Shown here piece after piece: positions 13,086-23,270 of a stretch of 64,000 nucleotides of DNA (positions are counted from its first letter, which is position 1; every line of letters begins with the position of its first letter). The notes under the pieces were generated by a model. It ran no database searches, had not been told where the DNA came from, and was given only the letters and a program-made list of their open reading frames with translations. This stretch comes from Isurus oxyrinchus. Taxonomy: Eukaryota. The stretch covers positions 129,146,001 to 129,210,000 of the forward strand of contig JANJGN010000008.1 of NCBI GenBank assembly GCA_026770705.1. Reading direction: 5' to 3'. The position numbers were made by a program, and so were the translations under genes.

Positions 13086-15835
13086 TCACGACCTAAAGTT
13101 ATTGAATTCAATATTCAGACCGGAAGGCTGTAAGGTGCCTAGTCGGAAGATGAGGTGTTGTTCCTCCAGTTTGCGTTGGGCTTCACTGGAACAATGCAGT
13201 AAGCCAAGGACAGACATGTGGGCAAGAGAGCAGGGTGGAGTGTTAAAATGGCAAGCGACAGGGAGGTTTGGGTCATTCTTGCGGACAGACCGCAGGTGTT
13301 CTGCAAAGCGGTCGCCCAGTTTACGTTTGGTCTCTCCAATGTAGAGGAGACCACATTGGGAGCAACGAATGCAGTAGACTAAGTTGGGGGAAATGCAAGT
13401 GAAATGCTGCTTCACTTGAAAGGAGTGTTTGGGCCCTTGGACGGTGAGGAGAGAGGAAGTGAAGGGGCAGGTGTTACATCTTTTGCGTGGGCATGGGGTG
13501 GTGCCATAGGAGGGGGTTGAGGAGTAGGGGGTGATGGAGGAGTGGACCAGGGTGTCCCGGAGGGAGCGATCCCTATGGAATGCCGATAAGGGGGGTGAAG
13601 GGAAGATGTGTTTGGTGGTGGCATCATGCTGGAGTTGGCGGAAATGGCGGAGGATGATCCTTTGAATGCGGAGGCTGGTGGGGTGATAAGTGAGGACAAG
13701 GGGGACCCTATCATGTTTCTGGGAGGGAGGAGAAGGCGTGAGGGCGGATGCGCGGGAGATGGGCCGGACACGGTTGAGGGCCCTGTCAACGACCGTGGGT
13801 GGAAAACCTCGGTTTAAGGAAGAAGGAGGACATGTCAGAGGAACCGTTTTTGAAGGTAGCATCATCGGAACAGATGCGACGAAGGCGAAGGAACTGGGAG
13901 AATGGGATGGAGTCCTTACAGGAAGCGGGGTGTGAGGAGCTGTAGTCGAGGTAGCTGTGGGAGTCGGTGGGTTTGTAATGGATATTAGTGGACAGTCTAT
14001 CACCAGAGATTGAGACAGAGAGGTCAAGGAAGGGAAGGGAAGTGTCAGAGATGGACCACGTGAAAATGATGGAGGGGTGGAGATTGGAAGCAAAATTAAT
14101 AAATTTTTCCAAGTCCCGACGAGAGCATGAAGCGGCACCGAAGTAATCATCGATGTACCGGAGAAAAAGTTGTGGAAGGGGGCCGGGGTAGGACTGCAAC
14201 AAGGAATGTTCCACATATCCCATAAAGAGACAGGCATAGCTGGGGCCCATGCGGGTACCCATAGCCACACCTTTTATTTGGAGAAAGTGAGAGGAGTTGA
14301 AGGAGAAATGCCAGACGGAGGAGAGTAGTGGTGGATGGGGATTGTTCGGGCCTCTGTTCGAGGAAGAAGCTAAGGGCCCTCAGACCATCCTGGTGGGGGA
14401 TGGAGGTGTAGAGGGATTGGACGTCCATGGTGAAGAGGAAGCGGTTGGAGCCAGGGGAACTGGAAATTGTTGATGTGACGTAAGGTGTCAGAGGAATCAC
14501 GGATGTAGGTGGGAAGGGGACTGGACAAGGGGAGAGAGAAGGAAGTCAAGATAACGAGAAATGAGTTCTGTGGGGCAGGAGCAAGCTGAGACGATCGGTC
14601 TACTGGGGCAGTTCTGTTTGTGGATTTTAGGTAGGAGATAGAAGCGGGCCGTCCGAGGTTGGGCGACTATCAGGTTGGAAGCTGTGGGAGGGAGATCCCC
14701 AGAGGAGATGAGGTCCGTGACAGTCCTGGAAACAATGGCTTGATGTTCAGTGGTGGGGTCATGGTCCAGGGAGAGGTAGGAGGAAGTGTCTGCGAGTTGA
14801 CGCTCAGCCTCCGCGAGGTAGAGGTCAGTGCGCCAGACAACAACAGCACCACCCTTGTCAGCGGGTTTGATGACAATGTCAGGGTTGGACCTGAGAGAAT
14901 GGAGTGCAGTAAGTTCAGAGAGAGACAGGTTAGAATGGGTGAGAGGAGCAGAGAAATTGAGACGACTAATGTCGCGCCGACAGTTCTCAATGAAAAGATC
15001 AAGAGAAGGTAAGAATCCAGAGGGAGGGGGTCCAGGTGGAGGGAGAATATTGGAGATGGGTTAAAAGGATCCGTTGAACTGGGAGAGGACTCCTGCCCAA
15101 AGAAGTGAGCCCGGAGACGAAGACGGCGAAAGAAGAGTTCAGTATCATGCCGAGCCCGAAATTCATTGAGGTGAGGGCGTAAGGGTATGAAACTAAGTCC
15201 TTTGCTGAGCACTGAACGTTCAGCATCGGAGAGGGGAAGGTCAGGGGGGTATAGTGAATACACGGCTGGGGCTGGGATTGGAAGATGGGGTGGGGACGGA
15301 GGGACAGGCTGGGGGTGGAGGGTCCTAGATGGGTGTTGGTGTCGATGAGTTGTTGGAGCTTGCGTTCCTTAGCAGTTGAGAGAAAGAGAAAAAGTTTCTT
15401 GTTGAGGCGTCGGATGAGCCGAAGGATAAAATGAAACTGGGGGCACGCGCAGCTTTGAAAAAGGGTACGGCGGTGCTGCTGGAGGGAGAGGTCGAGTGTG
15501 TGTTCATACGGCGGCGCATGGCACTGAGTGTGGTTTTCAGAATGTGACGGGGAACAGCAGTCTGAGAAACGTTTTATATGTCCCGGAGATACCGGTAATC
15601 CTGGGTGTGGGTTCGAAAGATGAGGGGGTGGAATTTCAGTTGAAATCCACGTGGGGTAAGTCGGAGACGGAGACAGTCACTGAGAAAGGAGATATGGCTG
15701 TGAAAGCGGGTTTTAGTAAACACCTTGTCAAACACTAGGAGGGAAATGGAAAGCAAAGAAGGTGAACAAGGGCAACAGAGAGATACGGAAATCTTGTCGC
15801 AGAGAGGAACAGAACTTCTTCAAGGAGGTAGGCAT
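13086..15835 (-). pseudogene. PLE RT/GIY-YIG ORF, copy 1 (frameshifted as assembled)
   Basis: Starts ATG CCT ACC TCC TTG AAG AAG at 15835; YIDD, GTRMGPSYA and YIGET motifs are spread over several frames; many +1/+2 indels in homopolymer/dinucleotide runs and a 23-nt deletion near 14309. Confidence 0.9.
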
Positions 15836-15837
15836 TT

Positions 15838-15925
15838 CTTGAAGAGCAGTGGCAGTCAATTAAACACAGAGATAAAAACAAAGAGAACTGCGGATGCTGG
15901 AAATGCAAAACAAAAACAGAATTAC
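15838..15925 (-). other. Predicted 88-nt GT-AG intron in the PLE 5' UTR
   Basis: Donor CAG|GTAATT at 15925, branch-like TTGAC about 18 nt from the 3' end, acceptor CTCTTCAAG| at 15838, then AA-ATG of the ORF. Confidence 0.7.
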
Positions 15926-15970
15926 CTGGAAAAACTCAGCAGGTCTGGCAGCATCGGCGGAGAAGAAAAG

Positions 15971-16009
15971 AGTTGACGTTTCGAGTCTTCATGACCCTTC
16001 GACAGAACT
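15971..16009 (-). ncRNA. Minimal type I hammerhead ribozyme motif (PLE family A)
   Basis: Identical to 12651-12689. Confidence 0.75.
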
Positions 16010-16403
16010 TGATTTCGAGTCCAGGAAAGAGTTGAAATATAAGTTGGTTTAAGGTGTGTGGGGGGGGGGGGGCGCGGGAGAGAGAGAGAGAGACAGAGGT
16101 GCTTGTGTAGACAAACAAGCAGTGATAGAAGCAGATCATCAAAAGATGTCAGTGACAATGGGGACAAAAGAACACATAGGTGTTAAAGTTAAAGTTTGGT
16201 GATATTATCTAAACGAATGTGCTAATTAAGAATGGATGGTAGGGCACTCAAGGTACAGCTCTAGTGGGGGTGGGGGGAGCATAAAAGATTTTAAAATATT
16301 TAAAAATAAGTGGGAAAAGAAAAATCTGTAAAATTTATAGGGAAAAAAAGGGGGGAAAAAAAAGGGGGGGAAACAGAAAGGGGGTGGGGATGGGGGAGGG
16401 AGC

Positions 16404-18274
16404 TCACGACCTAAAGTTATTGAATTCAATATTCAGACCGGGAAGGCTGTAAGGTGCCTAGTCGGAAGATGAGGTGTTGTTCCTCCAGTTTGCGTTGGGC
16501 TTCACTGGAACAATGCAGTAAGCCAAGGACAGACATGTGGGCAAGAGAGCAGGGTGGGAGTGTTAAAATGGCAAGCGACAGGGAGGTTTGGGTCATTCTT
16601 GCGGACAGACCGCAGGTGTTCTGCAAAGCGGTCGCCCAGTTTACGTTTGGTCTCTCCAATGTAGAGGAGACCACATTGGGAGCAACGAATGCAGTAGACT
16701 AAGTTGGGGGAAATGCAAGTGAAATGCTGCTTCACTTGAAAGGAGTGTTTGGGCCCTTGGACGGTGAGGAGAGAGGAAGTGAAGGGGCAGGTGTTACATC
16801 TTTTGCGTGGGCATGGGGTGGTGCCATAGGAGGGGGTTGAGGAGTAGGGGGTGATGGAGGAGTGGACCAGGGTGTCCCGGAGGGAGCGATCCCTACGGAA
16901 TGCCGATAAGGGGGGTGAAGGGAAGATGTGTTTGGTGGTGGCATCATGCTGGAGTTGGCGGAAATGGCGGAGGATGATCCTTTGAATGCGGAGGCTGGTG
17001 GGGTGATAAGTGAGGACAAGGGGGACCCTATCATGTTTCTGGGAGGGAGGAGAAGGCGTGAGGGCGGATGCGCGGGAGATGGGCCGGACACGGTTGAGGG
17101 CCCTGTCAACGACCGTGGGTGGAAAACCTCGGTTAAGGAAGAAGGAGGACATGTCAGAGGAACCGTTTTTGAAGGTAGCATCATCGGAACAGATGCGACG
17201 AAGGCGAAGGAACTGGGAGAATGGGATGGAGTCCTTACAGGAAGCGGGGTGTGAGGAGCTGTAGTCGAGGTAGCTGTGGGAGTCGGTGGGTTTGTAATGG
17301 ATATTAGTGGACAGTCTATCACCAGAGATTGAGACAGAGAGGTCAAGGAAGGGAAGGGAAGTGTCAGAGATGGACCACGTGAAAATGATGGAGGGGTGGA
17401 GATTGGAAGCAAAATTAATAAATTTTTCCAAGTCCCGACGAGAGCATGAAGCGGCACCGAAGTAATCATCGATGTACCGGAGAAAAAGTTGTGGAAGGGG
17501 GCCGGGGTAGGACTGCAACAAGGAATGTTCCACATATCCCATAAAGAGACAGGCATAGCTGGGGCCCATGCGGGTACCCATAGCCACACCTTTTATTTGG
17601 AGAAAGTGAGAGGAGTTGAAGGAGAAATTGTTCAACGTGAGAACAAGTTCAGCCAGACGGAGGAGAGTAGTGGTGGATGGGGATTGTTCGGGCCTCTGTT
17701 CGAGGAAGAAGCTAAGGGCCCTCAGACCATCCTGGTGGGGGATGGAGGTGTAGAGGGATTGGACGTCCATGGTGAAGAGGAAGCGGTTGGAGCCAGGGAA
17801 CTGGAAATTGTTGATGTGACGTAAGGTGTCAGAGGAATCACGGATGTAGGTGGGAAGGGACTGGACAAGGGGAGAGAGAAGGAAGTCAAGATAACGAGAA
17901 ATGAGTTCTGTGGGGCAGGAGCAAGCTGAGACGATCGGTCTACCGGGGCAGTTCTGTTTGTGGATTTTAGGTAGGAGATAGAAGTGGGCCGTCCGAGGTT
18001 GGGCGACTATCAGGTTGGAAGCTGTGGGAGGGAGATTCCCAGAGGAGATGAGGTCCGTGACAGTCCTGGAAACAATGGCTTGATGTTCAGTGGTGGGGTC
18101 ATGGTCCAGGGAGAGGTAGGAGGAAGTGTCTGCGAGTTGACGCTCAGCCTCCGCGAGGTAGAGGTCAGTGCGCCAGACAACAACAGCACCACCCTTGTCA
18201 GCGGGTTTGATGACAATGTCAGGGTTGGACCTGAGAGAATGGAGTGCAGTAAGTTCAGAGAGAGACAGGTTAGA
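16404..18274 (-). pseudogene. PLE ORF, copy 2 (5'-truncated; RT domain open, endonuclease C-terminus frameshifted)
   Basis: ORF 16502-18442 contains IKPADKGG, KIHK, DVQSLYTSIP, YIDD, CPRKRCNTC and VYCIRC..C...YIGET. Confidence 0.9.
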
Positions 18275-18280
18275 CCCATC

Positions 18281-19494
18281 TCCGGCCCATCTCCCGCGCA
18301 TTCCGCCCTCACGCCTTCTCCTCCCTCCCAGAAACATGATAGGGTCCCCCTTGTCCTCACTTATCACCCCACCAGCCTCCGCATTCAAAGGATCATCCTC
18401 CGCCATTTCCGCCAACTCCAGCATGATGCCACCACCAAACACATCTTCCCTTCACCCCCCTTATCGGCATTCCGTAGGGATCGCTCCCTCCGGGACACCC
18501 TGGTCCACTCCTCCATCACCCCCTACTCCTCAACCCCCTCCTATGGCACCACCCCATGCCCACGCAAAAGATGTAACACCTGCCCCTTCACTTCCTCTCT
18601 CCTCACCGTCCAAGGGCCCAAACACTCCTTTCAAGTGAAGCAGCATTTCACTTGCATTTCCCCCAACTTAGTCTACTGCATTCGTTGCTCCCAATGTGGT
18701 CTCCTCTACATTGGAGAGACCAAACGTAAACTGGGCGACCGCTTTGCAGAACACCTGCGGTCTGTCCGCAAGAATGACCCAAACCTCCCTGTCGCTTGCC
18801 ATTTTAACACTCCACCCTGCTCTCTTGCCCACATGTCTGTCCTTGGCTTACTGCATTGTTCCAGTGAAGCCCAACGCAAACTGGAGGAACAACACCTCAT
18901 CTTCCGACTAGGCACCTTACAGCCTTCCGGTCTGAATATTGAATTCAATAACTTTAGGTCGTGAGCTCCCTCCCCCATCCCCACCCCCTTTCTGTTTCCC
19001 CCCTTTTTTTCCCCCCCTTTTTTTCCCTATAAATTTTACAGATTTTTCTTTTCCCACTTATTTTTAAATATTTTAAAATCTTTTATGCTCCCCCCACCCC
19101 CACTAGAGCTGTACCTTGAGTGCCCTACCATCCATTCTTAATTAGCACATTCGTTTAGATAATATCACCAACTTTAACTTTAACACCTATGTGTTCTTTT
19201 GTCCCATTGTCACTGACATCTTTTGATGATCTGCTTCTATCACTGCTTGTTTGTCTACACAAGCACCTCTGTCTCTCTCTCTCTCTCCGCGCCCCCCCCC
19301 CCCCCCCACACACCTTAAACCAACTTATATTTCAACTCTTTCCTGGACTCGAAATCAAGTTCTGTCGAAGGGTCATGAAGACTCGAAACGTCAACTCTTT
19401 TCTTCTCCGCCGATGCTGCCAGACCTGCTGAGTTTTTCCAGGTAATTCTGTTTTTGTTTTGCATTTCCAGCATCCGCAGTTCTCTTTGTTTTTA
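18281..19494 (+). mobile_element. Inverted 3' segment of PLE (linker, complete GIY-YIG, 3' UTR, hammerhead, long tail)
   Basis: Reverse complement of 15872-17088; frame open to GLNIEFNNFRS* at 18964. Confidence 0.95.
19358..19396 (+). ncRNA. Minimal type I hammerhead ribozyme motif (PLE family A)
   Basis: agtt-CTGTCGA-a-gggtc-atgaa-gactc-GAAA-cGTC-aact; predicted cleavage after C19392. Confidence 0.75.
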
Positions 19495-20089
19495 TGTCAG
19501 GAAGTACAGACTTCACCAGAGATTCTGCACCCACCTCACCAACCAGCACTGGGTTTCGACAGAGCACAACGTGCTGCTCTGCACTCCTGATTACTTTAAT
19601 CAGCTAAGTAGTGTTTGGTCCACATTAACAGGGTGAGCAGTAAACTGTTGAAATACAAAATGTATAATTCACATGTATGGCACAAATCTTCCGGTCTCCA
19701 TACTTTCTAAATTGGAAGTTAATTTGGGATAATTATGTCAGGAGCCCGCGAAAGTCCTCACACACACACATGCACTGAATTGTCCAGGACTTTTTAACTT
19801 CCAAAGGGCATTTCTGTTGCTCGGGGCCGCCTGAAAAAGTCTGACACTGAGCTCAGTGTCAAAGACTTGGGCCAGATACACGGGATATACCTGAATACTT
19901 ACCCAGAAATAGCATCTTGGATTACACCTTGTCTAATTCAGAGATTAGCTCGCATAATTGAACAGAGCACCACAACCAACACCCCACCCCGCTATGAGCC
20001 ACCCTGACCTAACCCAACCCAACCCAAAACAAAAACAGAATTACCTGGAAAAACTCAGCAGGTCTGGCAGCATCGGCGGAGAAGAAAAG

Positions 20090-20128
20090 AGTTGACGTTT
20101 CGAGTCCTCATGACCCTTCGACAGAACT
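20090..20128 (-). ncRNA. Minimal type I hammerhead ribozyme motif (PLE family A)
   Basis: Same as the other copies; the single change (atgag vs atgaa) falls in loop II. Confidence 0.75.
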
Positions 20129-20514
20129 TGATTTCGAGTCCAAGAAAGAGTTGAAATATAAGCTGGTTTTAAGGTGTGTGTGTGGGGGGGCGGAGAGAGA
20201 GAGAGAGACAGAGGTGCTTGTGTAGACAAACACGCAGTGATAGAAGCAGATCATCAAAAGATGTCAGCGACAATGGTACAAAAGAACACATAGGTGTTAA
20301 AGTTAAAGTTGGTGATATTATCTAAATGAATGTGCTAATTAAGAATGGATGGTAGGGCACTCAAGGTACAGCTCTAGTGGGGGTGGGGGGGAGCATAAAA
20401 GATTTTAAAATATTTAAAAATAAGTGGGAAAAGAAAAATCTGTAAAATTTATAGGGAAAAAAAGGGGGGAAAAAGGGGGGAAACAGAAAGGGGGTGGGGG
20501 ATGGGGGAGGGAGC

Positions 20515-23270
20515 TCACGACCTAAAGTTATTGAATTCAATATTCAGACCGGAAGGCTGTAAGGTGCCTAGTTGGAAGATGAGGTGTTGTTCCTCCAGTT
20601 TGCGTTGGGCTTCACTGGAACAATGCAGTAAGCCAAGGACAGACATGTGGGCAAGAGAGCAGGGGTGGAGTGTTAAAATGGCAAGCGACAGGGAGGTTTG
20701 GGTCATTCTTGCGGACAGACCGCAGGTGTTCTGCAAAGCGGTCGCCCAGTTTACGTTTGGTCTCTCCAATGTAGAGGAGACCACATTGGGAGCAACGAAT
20801 GCAGTAGACTAAGTTGGGGGAAATGCAAGTGAAATGCTGCTTCACTTGAAAGGAGTGTTTGGGCCCTTGGACGGTGAGGAGAGAGGAAGTGAAGGGGCAG
20901 GTGTTACATCTTTTGCGTGGGCATGGGGTGGTGCCATAGGAGGGGGTTGAGGAGTAGGGGGTGATGGAGGAGTGGACCAGGGTGTCCCGGAGGGAGCGAT
21001 CCCTATGGAATGCCGATAAGGGGGGTGAAGGAAAGATGTGTTTGGTGGTGGCATCATGCTGGAGTTGGCGGAAATGGCGGAGGATGATCCTTTGAATGCG
21101 GAGGCTGGTGGGGTGATAAGTGAGGACAAGGGGGACCCTATCATGTTTCTGGGAGGGAGGAGAAGGCGTGAGGGCGGATGCGCGGGAGATGGGCCGGACA
21201 CGGTTGAGGGCCCTGTCAACGACCGTGGGTGGAAAACCTCGGTTAAGGAAGAAGGAGGACATGTCAGAGGAACCGTTTTTGAAGGTAGCATCATTGGAAC
21301 AGATGCGACGAAGGCGAAGGAACTGGGAGAATGGGATGGAGTCCTTACAGGAAGCGGGGTGTGAGGAGCTGTAGTCAAGGTAGCTGTGGGAGTCGGTGGG
21401 TTTGTAATGGATATTGGTGGACAGTCTATCACCAGAGATTGAGACAGAGAGGTCAAGGAAGGGAAGGGAAGTGTCAGAGATGGACCACGTGAAAATGATG
21501 GAGGGGTGGAGATTGGAAGCAAAATTAATAAATTTTTCCAAGTCCCGACGAGAGCATGAAGCAGCACCGAAGTAATCATCGATGTACCGGAGAAAAAGTT
21601 GTGGAAGGGGGCCGGGGTAGGACTGCAACAAGGAATGTTCCACATATCCCATAAAGAGACAGGCATAGCTGGGGCCCATGCGGGTACCCATAGCCACACC
21701 TTTTATTTGGAGAAAGTGAGAGGAGTTGAAGGAGAAATTATTCAGTGAAAGAACAAGTTCAGCCAGACGGACGAGAGTAGTGGTGGATGGGGATTGTTCG
21801 GGCCTCTGTTCGAGGAAGAAGTGGAGAGCCATCATATCATCCCGGTGGGGGATGGAGGTGTAGAGGGATTGGACGTCCATGGTGAAGAGGAAGCGGTTGG
21901 AGCCAGGGAACTGGAAATTGTTGATGTGACGTAAGGTGTCAGAGGAATCATGGATGTAGGTGGGAAGGGACTGGACAAGGGGAGAGAGAAGGGAGTCAAG
22001 ATAACGAGAAATGAGTTCTGTGGGGCAGGAGCAAGCTGAGACGATCGGTCTACCGGGGCAGTTCTGTTTGTGGATTTTGGGTAGGAGATAGAAGCGGGCC
22101 GTCCGAGGTTGGGCGACTATCAGGTTGGAAGCTGTGGGAGGGTGATCCCCAGAGGAGATGAGGTCAGTGACAGTCCTGGAAACAATGGCTTGATGTTCAG
22201 TGGTGGGGTCATGGTCCAGAGAGAGGTAGGAGGAAGTGTCTGCGAGTTGACGCTCAGCCTCCGCGAGGTAGAGGTCAGTGCGCCAGACAACAACAGCACC
22301 ACCCTTGTCAGTGGGTTTGATGACAATGTCAGGGTTGGACCTGAGAGAATGGAGTGCAGTAAGTTCAGAGAGAGACAGGTTAGAATGGGTGAGAGGAGCA
22401 GAGAAATTGAGACGACTAATGTCGCGCCGACAGTTCTCAATGAAAAGATCAAGAGAAGGTAAGAATCCAGAGGGAGGGGTCCAGGTGGAGGGAGAATATT
22501 GGAGATGGGTAAAAGGATCCGTTGAACTGGGAGAGGACTCCTGCCCAAAGAAGTGAGCCCGGAGACGAAGACGGCGAAAGAAGAGTTCAGTATCATGCCG
22601 AGCCCGAAATTCATTGAGGTGAGGGCGTAAGGGTATGAAACTAAGTCCTTTGCTGAGCACTGAACGTTCAGCATCGGAGAGGGGAAGGTCAGGGGGTATA
22701 GTGAATACAAGGCTGGGGCTGGGATTGGAAGATGGGGTGGGGACGGAGGGACAGGCTGGGGTGGAGGGTCCTAGATGGGTGTTGGTGTCGATGAGTTGTT
22801 GGAGCTTGCGTTCCTTAGCAGTTGAGAGAAAGAGAAAAAGTTTCTTGTTGAGGCGTCGGATGAGCCGAAGGATAAAATGAAACTGGGGGCACGCGCAGCT
22901 TTGAAAAAGGGTACGGCGGTGCTGCTGGAGGGAGAGGTCGAGTGTGTTCATACGGCGGCGCATGGCACTGAGTGTGGATTTCAGAATGTGACGGGAACAG
23001 CAGTCTGAGAAACGTTTTATGTCCCGGAGATACCGGTAATCCTGGGTGGGTTCGAAAGATGAGGGGTGGAATTTCAGTTGAAATCCACGTGGGGTAAGTC
23101 GGAGACGGAGGCAGTCACTGAGAAAGGAGATATGGCTGTGAAAGCGGGTTTTAGTAAACACCTTGTCAAACACTAGGAGGGAAATGGAAAGCAAAGAAGG
23201 TGAACAAGGCAACAGAGAGATACGGAAATCTTGTCGCAGAGAGGAACAGAACTTCTTCAAGGAGGTAGGC
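20515..23270 (-). CDS. PLE polyprotein: reverse transcriptase + Cys-rich linker + GIY-YIG endonuclease (Neptune-type); ~918 aa if ATG and one frameshift are restored
   Basis: 882-aa ORF 20612-23260 with IKPTDKGG, KIHK, GRPIVS, DVQSLYTSIP, GVAMGTRMGPSYA, YIDD, FLDL, CPRKRCNTC, VYCIRCSQCGLLYIGET and HFN; an extra G in the run near 20662-20665 shifts the last ~48 codons (ends GLNIEFNNFRS). Confidence 0.9.

Larger units (their letters stand above)
12588..19494. mobile_element. Composite Penelope-like element insertion: full unit (-), 5'-truncated tandem unit (-), inverted 3' segment (+)
   Basis: Unit period 3320 bp (12651 vs 15971); inversion junction at ~18274-18281; 14-bp direct repeat tgtcaggaagtaca at 12574-12587 and 19495-19508. 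Confidence 0.95.
20026..23270 (-). mobile_element. Penelope-like element copy 4 (near full length, short-end type)
   Basis: Near-identical to 12588-15833; the 5' end is truncated inside the start codon. Confidence 0.95.

Noticed and set aside
12588-19494. Long terminal inverted repeats suggesting a DNA transposon or DIRS element
   Set aside because: The internal ORF is PLE RT + GIY-YIG with no DDE transposase or tyrosine recombinase; the inverted ends are PLE 3' ends.
12588-23270. Prokaryotic RT systems (retron, group II intron, DGR) or CRISPR array
   Set aside because: Context is a vertebrate-type repeat landscape; no regularly spaced repeat-spacer array; RT motifs fit PLEs.
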